From the NCBI RefSeq assembly GCF_018977255.1, contig NW_024704742.1, forward strand, positions 134,356,001-134,420,000: a DNA stretch of 64,000 nucleotides. The letters are read 5' to 3'. This DNA comes from Callorhinchus milii (taxonomy: Eukaryota). Positions 12,598-64,000 of this stretch are shown here, one piece after another. The number at the start of each line of letters is the position of its first letter. The stretch's first letter is position 1. Under the pieces are notes generated by a model. That model was not told where the DNA came from and searched no databases. It saw only the letters and a program-made list of their open reading frames with translations. The position numbers and the translations under genes are program-made.

Positions 12598-14840
12598 AAT
12601 AATAATAATATATAAATAATCCTTGCATTTGATATAGCGCTTTTCACGTCTTCCCGACGTCTCAAAGCGCTTCACAGGATAGACTGTAAAGTGAATTGAC
12701 TGTATATTTGTGGGCGAAACGCAGCAGCCAATTGCGCACAGCAGTGTCCCACAAACAGTCTTCATATGACCAATTTATTATTGTTTTTTTTTGAAGGATT
12801 ATCGTCAGGCGTGTGGCGTAAGGAAACTTGCCCAAGGTTTCGCCCTGACCTGCCGGGAATCGAACCCAGGTCTCTCGCTTGCAAAGCGAGTGCTCTCATC
12901 AGAGCTACAGGACTCCACGAATCGGTTAAAATAATAGAGCGTTATGACTCCGGTGAGACGCCTCAAAGCACTTCACAGAATATACTGTGAATTGACTGGG
13001 TATATTGTGGGTGAAACACGGCAGCCAATTGAGCACAGCAGTGTCCCAATTTGTCGCAATTTTAGATTTAGACCTTAGATTGAGTGACCGAATGATTATT
13101 TTTTTTGGAGGGATTATTACTCCCAGAGGCCAATCCACCAATCGACAAGCAACCAGGTTCCTACTTACTGTGTGTGGAGTAAGGAAACTTTCTGAAGATT
13201 TTGCCCTGCCCTGGATTCGAACCCAGGTCCTCTCACTTGCAAGGCAATTGCTCTAACCAATACGCTATAGGACTCCACAATGAGAACAATCAGGGGAAAG
13301 TAATATGAAGATAGATTTTCTTAACACTACTCTTGATCATGAACTCCTTCAGCAACAGCTGTCTGCATCTTCACAACAGGTTTTTGTGGTTTTCAGGACT
13401 TTCCAGCACCTTGGCACATCCTCCCAACGTGAAAGGCGCTGTATATAAATGTAAATTTGTATCATGTTTTTTTTGGTGAAATATATTCAGTTCCAAGAAT
13501 GTGTTGCACTTTATGAATGCATCGTGTTAGACGTTGTTTAAGATCTGATGGATGATTTGAGTAAAATAAAAAATTGCAACATGAATATATATGTACAGTA
13601 TATATACATATGTAGAGAGAGAGACTATTTTTGTGTGAAATTAAAGGAGAGAGCGAGCTGCAATGCTTTCAGGTGAGAGATTTTGTGTTGGATTATGTGG
13701 GCCAGTGGAATTTCACCTGTTGAATTCCGCAGTGCAAACCTGAAGCAAAGTGACAAAAGAGGAAGGAAGAAAAATAATAATCCATGCATTGGTGATAGCG
13801 CCTTATCACATTGCTGAGGTGTCTCAAATCTCTTCACAGAATACACTGTACTGTGAATTGACTGCATTTTGTGGACGAAACACGGCAGCCAATTACGCAC
13901 AGCAGTGTCCCTCAAACAGTTCTGGACTGAGTGACCAATTTATTTATTTATTTATTTATTTTTTATGGGAAAACGACCTGCCAATCGTCTAACAACAAAT
14001 ATTACTAGGTAAACAGGCTTGCCCGGGAATCGAACCCGGGTACTCTCGCTTGCTAGGCCAGTTCCCCCAATTGCTACACTACAGGACTTCACAAGCAAGG
14101 AAGGAAGGAAGGAAGGAAGAAAGAAAGAAACAAACAAATAAAGTACAGGACAAAGGGTGTTGGGCTCAGATCTGCAGTTTTTTTTTGACATCATTCATTG
14201 CCGGGTTTACAGAGAGGGAAAACACATCCAGTTACCAGCAGCAAGTATAAAGTGAGATCACATTCAATAAAAAAAACAACAAATCGATCGGTTATGACCT
14301 TAACGTGATGCATAAAGTGCCGTTAGATGTAGAGGTGTTTGAGCATTTGACTTTTTTTGTTACTTTAACCGTCATAGCGCTGTTGATAACATCAGCTATT
14401 GTAGATTCGAAAGGAACTGAGTTAGAGTTTTGTTACAAGCGTTTGTTACTCTTCCGCCTCAGTGCTCTTTTATAATAATAATAATCCTAGCATTCGAGAT
14501 AGCGTCTTATCGCATCTCAAAGACGCCTCAAAGCGCTTCACACAATATACCGTAAAGTGAATTGACTGTGTAGCTTGTGGGAGATACGCAGTGGCCAATT
14601 GCACACAGCAATGTCCCACACACAGTCACGGATTGAGTGACCAAATTTATTATTTAGGGATCGTTACTCCCGGAAAGTGATACTCCGATTCGACTAGCAA
14701 CCGGGTTCCTACTTACTGCGAGGTGAACAGATGTGTGTGGAGTGAGGAAACTTGCCCAAGGGTTAGCCCCGCCTGGGAATCGAACTCAGGTCCTCTCGCT
14801 TGCGAGACTGGCGCTCTAACCACAATGCTATGGGACTCCT
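12598..14840 (-). mobile_element. cluster of four same-orientation tRNA-SINE copies (about 12598-12918, 12950-13278, 13770-14090, 14472-14840)
   Basis: Each repeats tail, core and tRNA head on the minus strand. Confidence 0.8.
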
Positions 14841-14844
14841 AATT

Positions 14845-15836
14845 TCTCTCTCTAACACAAGATCAAAGGATATTCATTAACAAGACAATGCATCCTCCTC
14901 ACAGAAAACACACACATTCAGGGCTTATACTGTAGTTTGATTTTTAAAGAAAAAAAACATCTCAAATACTTATTTATGTACACTAACTTTTCTGTACAGA
15001 CTTTTTCTCATAATATATTCAAGTGGATCAATCGATCGTTGAGCTAAAGGAAACTGACGCACTCATCTTAAAAAACAAAGCAGGAGACGTTTGCTGCAAG
15101 TTCTTTGTTTTGAGACACTTCAAAGTTCATTTGTAACAATTCTATTAAGAGGAAAGAAAAATGTCAGCCATCTCAAGAGTTTTCATAATTTCCAGGAAAG
15201 TGTTAAATTATACCAATAATAATAAAAAATTCGCATTTGGCTTTGCCTTTTTTTGTTCATATATACCGGAGCGTAAGAGGCACGGAAATATTTCACAGTG
15301 CAGATACACTGCAATACTATAGCTGTTCACGAGTGTGTTTAGTTGTGTGTGGTGTGTTTGTGTGCGAGCAGGTGTACAAGACAAACCTTTATTCGTGCCT
15401 TTTAAATGTGTATTATAACGCAAGACTCTCTCTCTGTCTCTCACTCTCTCTCTATATATATGATAATTTGCATTCAATTAAGTAAACAAAGTGATAATAC
15501 TATACCTGTAAAAGTGAGGTTCCATTCACTTCCTTACAAAGTTGGTAAAATATCTATGTTGTGCCGTTTAAGGACACAATTTTAATACACTTGTTAAGTC
15601 CTAATGAAATACACTTCTAGTCCACACATAGTCCATTCCTCATTATGTGTCGTGTGTCTAGAAGGAATATCTATAGGCTTCAATCTTCCAGTCTTCCAGA
15701 AATTTGGAATAAGAATTGGCAGAGAAGAATTTGTTCCATGTACCAATGTCAGTGTGCAATGATATCACCGGTAAAGTTCCTATCTTTAAAACACAAACCA
15801 AAGACACGGCCATTCCCCGCTCGACCCGTCTGCTGT
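14845..15836 (-). other. NEDD4L: NEDD4L 3' UTR (proximal, repeat-free part; true end unknown)
   Basis: Unique AT-rich sequence directly after the stop. Minus-strand AATAAA at 15388-15393, ATTAAA near 15580 and a Pumilio-type TGTACATA near 14976. Confidence 0.6.
15388..15393 (-). promoter_or_regulatory. candidate polyadenylation signal AATAAA
   Basis: TTTATT on the + strand, about 445 nt after the NEDD4L stop. Confidence 0.4.
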
Positions 15837-59625
<43,789 letters not shown>

Positions 59626-61359
59626 CTGCGGACCACAAGATCATAAATATAAGATCACAAGAACATTTGTAAGGATCCGTCCTCTTACAATAATTTAGTC
59701 TATAGAGTGCCTTTCAGGATTACTTAGAAGTGCTTCTGTCCCATACAGACAATTTATTTTCAAAGCTCAAAAGTGTCCTCACTCGAATTTGGGATTAACA
59801 GAAAAGGAGGAGGTCATTCAGCCCAACTAGTCTGTTATGCAAGTCTATTAGATCATGTAAGACTCTTGAATCCTATTATATTTTTTCCATACTGTTAATT
59901 TCTGAGTACTGTATGAATCCAGCTCCCTTTTAAACATCCCAATTGATTCTGCGTCTATAGCCCTCAGGGCTTTTGGAATGGTAATTCATGTTAAACAAAC
60001 TAAAAATAGAGAGCCTGATATCCACACTATTTGGTGTGGGCCCCATTGTGGATATGGAAACAGTGTGAATAATTAGTCATCATACAAAATATAAATCGAC
60101 TACAGTGCTAACCAAAGTTTCTTCTATCAACTCAGTGTTATTGTAGTTCCAGCCATGAACTCTCTCTCTCTGACTCTCTCTCACCGCCCCCCACTGATTC
60201 ACATTCTAAACCTATTCCTTTCTGTCCCTCTGATTTTTTTTCTACATCGTGGGCAAGACATAGACATGGATTCGTTGCTGGTGAAGCAGTAGGTTTTTGT
60301 TAGGGGAGCTAGGTCAAAAAGGTGGGAATTATTTAGCGGGCTCGCCTCTCTTTTATAAGATCTTATGAGTAATGGCCACAAATGGATCCTAGTGTTTCTG
60401 AGATGGGAATGTTCAATGATAAACAGTCGCATTATGTTTTCTAGATGGAACAAGATGGATATCTAACGAGGAGTCATTTGCAAGGGGTAATGGGAGGCAG
60501 TGGGGGAGAGGGGGGCGCGGGGGAGAGGGGGGCGCGGGGGAGAGAGGGGCAGCGGGGGAGAGGGGGGGTGGGGAAATGTGACCGAATGAATTGCTCTTTC
60601 AAAGAGCCACCACAGTTACGATGGGTAAAATGGCCTCACATAGATACTTAGAATCTGGAGCCTTTCATCCCAAATAATCTGTAGTGCTTAAACTCAACAG
60701 AAGCCCTCACCCCAATCTAATCCCGCTCCCTTGCCCCCCCCCCCCCCGCCACCACACACACAAACACACCCTCTATTCACTTCTCTTCTCAAATATGCCT
60801 TTTTCTGCATTGTACATTTCTATGGGCTTTATCAGCTTTCATAGGGGAACTAGATAAATACCTAAAAAGGAGTAAACTACAGGGATCTGGAGTAAGGACA
60901 GGTTAATGGGTCTGAAAGGATTACTCTTTTAAAAGAGACAGCACAGACATGATGGGCTAAATGGTCTTTCTCTGTGCTGTAAATTTCTATGGTTCTACCT
61001 AATCTAATTCCAATCTCCTGCTCACTAACCCTTCCCCCTTCAGTATTACTCTTTTCCGAACATCCGCCTATTTGCCTTTTAAAACAATTGGCGGTCCTTG
61101 TTTTTTGAGCTTTGAAATGGACATCCTTCTACATGAGTCAGAGCAACTTGAAATTCCACAGACATTAGTACACTTTACATTCAGAAAGGCATTCTGGGAG
61201 CATTAGTCTGCAGTCCGTCAAGAGATTGGAATTAAAATTAATACGGATCTGCTTCTGCAACTCTCACACCACCACCACCACCACACATCACCACCCTGGA
61301 TGTTTGCACAAAGCTCAGGACAGGCTGCCCACCGTTACTTGATGGAGAGAATAGAGTCA

Positions 61360-62180
61360 TTGTACAGATTTGTAAATGGTAGAGAGTCCGACAGGGCATA
61401 GACCTGGGCTGACCAGTGGCAGATGGCGTTCAATGCATTTAAATGCAAGGTGTGGTGTGTAGGAAATGAAAGAGGGAGGCACGTGTCCTCCATTGATCAG
61501 CCGGGACCTGCAAAGTCGGAAGCTGAAAGAGACCCAGTGGTGTTAGTTGTTTCATCGCTCACCGTGTCTAAACCAATGTGAGGAAACCAGAGGTTATGTA
61601 GCCAAATCAGTTGAGTTCAGACACCCAGAAGATACACCCAAGTCGTAAAGTGCCCTGGTTCAGACCAGATCTGGAGTATTGGGTAATTCTGGTGACCACG
61701 ATTATAAGGAGGCTGCTGGGGTCTAGAGACAGCAATAGAGGAAAACAACTGGGCTGATCCTCAGCGTTGTAGAGAAAAGCTATAAGGAAAACTAGATAAA
61801 CCAGGACCCTTCAGCCTTGAAAAGAGACATTTCAGAGTAAACCTTAGAGGTACCACAGGCATTAAGAAAGTAAACCCAGAAAAGTATCTTCAGATGCTCT
61901 AAAAGCGGCGTCAGGAGGGCACAGGTTCAGGGTTGTGAAGGGCAATGTTTAAGACAGACACCAGAAAGTATTCCTTTACACAGAGGGAGATAAACAGCTG
62001 GAGAAATTTACCAGGAAGTTGGGGGTGGGGGGGGAGGGGTGGGATTTGAGGCCAAGATACTGGACTCATTTAAGAAGCAGCTTAATGCTGCAATGGGGAA
62101 GATAGCAGGGAAGGAAGGATGAGATGAAATGGGCTGTGGGGCCTTCTTCATCCATACCTCTCTTGTGATCTTGTGAAACG
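61360..62180 (+). mobile_element. old CR1 LINE 3' fragment
   Basis: Degenerate WQMAFN..KCKV, ALV.PDLEY and FTQR...W motifs. Confidence 0.65.
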
Positions 62181-62611
62181 GGAGTCAACACGCCTTCTAG
62201 AGAGTGAGGAGGGGGAGGGGAGAAAATTGAAGAAAGTAATTACAACTTTTTAAAAAATCCCTCGGATTTCATTCTTTCTGCCAAAGAAAATGTTGCAGCA
62301 TTGTCATTGCTAATAATAATATTAATAATAATAATCCTTGCATAGGATGCAGCGCCTTATCACACCATTGAGACATCTCAAAGCGCTTCACATGATGTAT
62401 TGTAAAATGCAGTGGCTGTGTATTTTGTGGGCGAAATGCTTGACGCCAGTTTTCACAGCAATGTCCCACAAACAGCGACAGAGTGAGCAACCAATTTTAT
62501 TTGGGGGAATTGTTGGCCAGGACACAGGGAGAAACTCTCTTCTCTTTTCGAAGCTTGCCATGGGATCTTTAACATCCAAGTGAACAGGCAGACAGGACTT
62601 CAGTTTAATGT

Positions 62612-63770
62612 CAACAACAACAACTTGCATTTGTATAGCACCCAGAGCACTTAACAGTGGCAGAGCACGACGCCAGCTGGGGGGGATGGGGAGGTAACCA
62701 TAAGCATGGTCAAATAAAGGTCTTCAGGCGCAACCTGAAGATGGGGGAAGGGGCAACGCAGAGGGATAGAGGAAGAGTGTTCCAGAGTTTCTGGGCATAA
62801 TGGCTGAAAGCGCAGCCATCAATGGTGGAACGGAGTGTATGAGGGACATGAAGAAGGCAGTCGAGCGGAGGCAGCGGGTTGTGGGGTAAAGAGGTCAGAG
62901 GAAGAGAGGAGCCAGGGCATGAAGGGATTTGAAAACGAGTGTGAGAATCTTGAAATCAATCTATTCGGCAATAGGCAGCCAGTGGAGCGTGGCTAGAACT
63001 GGTGTGATGGGGGTAAGGAGTTTAGCGCAGATGAATATGCGGGCGGCGGAGTTTTGGATCAGCTGGATCCTGTGCATGGTGAAGTTGGGGAGACCGGCCA
63101 AGAGGGTATTTGAGAAATCGAGTCAGGAGGTGATGAATGCATGGAGGAGTCTTTCGGTTATGTCTGGGATAAGGTACGGTCGGAGGCCGGAAATCTGGCA
63201 GAGGTGGAGGAAGGTGGTCCTGGTCAAGGACCGGATGTAGGGGAATAAGAACAGCTGTGGGTCGAACCTGATGCCTGGGTTGCGCACCGGTTCGGTAAGT
63301 CTGAGGGATAGACCAGGGAGGTTGAGGAGGTCAGAGCCTCAGGATAGAAGACGTTGATGAGAGCCAATGAGTATGGCTTCCATCTTGTCAACATTTAGTT
63401 GTAGGAAGTTTTCGCTCATCCAGGCCCTGATGTCTGCCAGACAAGCAGAGAGAACCTGGAGGAAGAGAAGTAGATTTGTGTGTCATCTGCATACATGGGG
63501 TGAGAACGCAGCTGGTTAGCGCCAACGCATTCCAGAGCTTTGGCAAAGAAAGGCAAGATGGAAAAAAGGGGCAGTAATTTGTGAGGTTGGAGGGATCAAG
63601 GGTGGGTTTTTTGAGGAAGAGAGCGATGACAGCAGTTTTAAGGGGGAGAGGAACAGAACCTGAAGAAAGTGACTGGTTGACTGTGTCAGCCAGCAACGGG
63701 GAGAGGAAGAGGAGTTGGGTGACCAGCAGCTGGGTTGGGATGGGGTCCCATTCAAAGTTATTAAAGTGAA
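62612..63770 (-). mobile_element. L2 LINE fragment
   Basis: ORF 63388..63696 (NQSLSSGSVPLPLKTAVI..LKKPTLDPSNLTNY); tail (CAA)n CTTGCATTTGTATAGC. Confidence 0.82.
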
Positions 63771-64000
63771 GTGATTCTATCTCTGAAGTTTCCCCACCTA
63801 CAACTATTCCGTAAAAAATGTTTTGGCCGAGTGGTTTTCCGAGTGGGAACCTGGAGATCTATCTGTTCACTTGGAAACTGACAACAACAACAACAACCCT
63901 TATGTTTTGTATAATGCCTTTCACATCAGGACGATGTCCCAAGCACTTCACAGCGTATACCGTAAAGCAGAGTGACTGTGTTTTGTGGGCAATACAATAC

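Noticed and set aside
1..15800. miR-122 hairpin expected from mammalian synteny
   Set aside because: Neither TGGAGTGTGACAATGGTGTTTG nor its reverse complement was found by eye.

Overview
This is vertebrate genomic DNA, most likely from a cartilaginous fish (chimaera-like, inferred only from the CR1/L2/Deu-SINE repeat content). The main feature is the 3' part of NEDD4L (Nedd4-2, a C2-WW-HECT E3 ubiquitin ligase) on the minus strand. I traced 24 coding exons by hand from 59625 down to the stop codon at 15837. All have GT-AG boundaries and matching phases, giving 2503 nt of CDS that covers the end of C2, WW1-WW4 and the complete HECT domain. The remaining 5' exons lie beyond 64000. Introns and the downstream 15 kb are filled with decayed CR1 and L2 LINEs, two tRNA-derived SINE families that carry an L2-type 3' tail, an unidentified poly(A)-tailed short retroposon and small DNA-transposon relics. 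The most notable observations are: (1) SINE copies are strongly biased to the minus (NEDD4L-sense) strand; (2) a Kozak-initiated, signal-peptide-like ORF about 3.6 kb downstream of the NEDD4L stop may splice into a prepro-peptide-like product (speculative); (3) the unidentified poly(A) retroposon family; (4) a chimeric SINE architecture; (5) a tail-to-tail SINE inverted repeat; (6) a candidate alternative first exon of NEDD4L. No prokaryotic-type system (CRISPR, operon) is present. Repeat boundaries were read by eye and are approximate.
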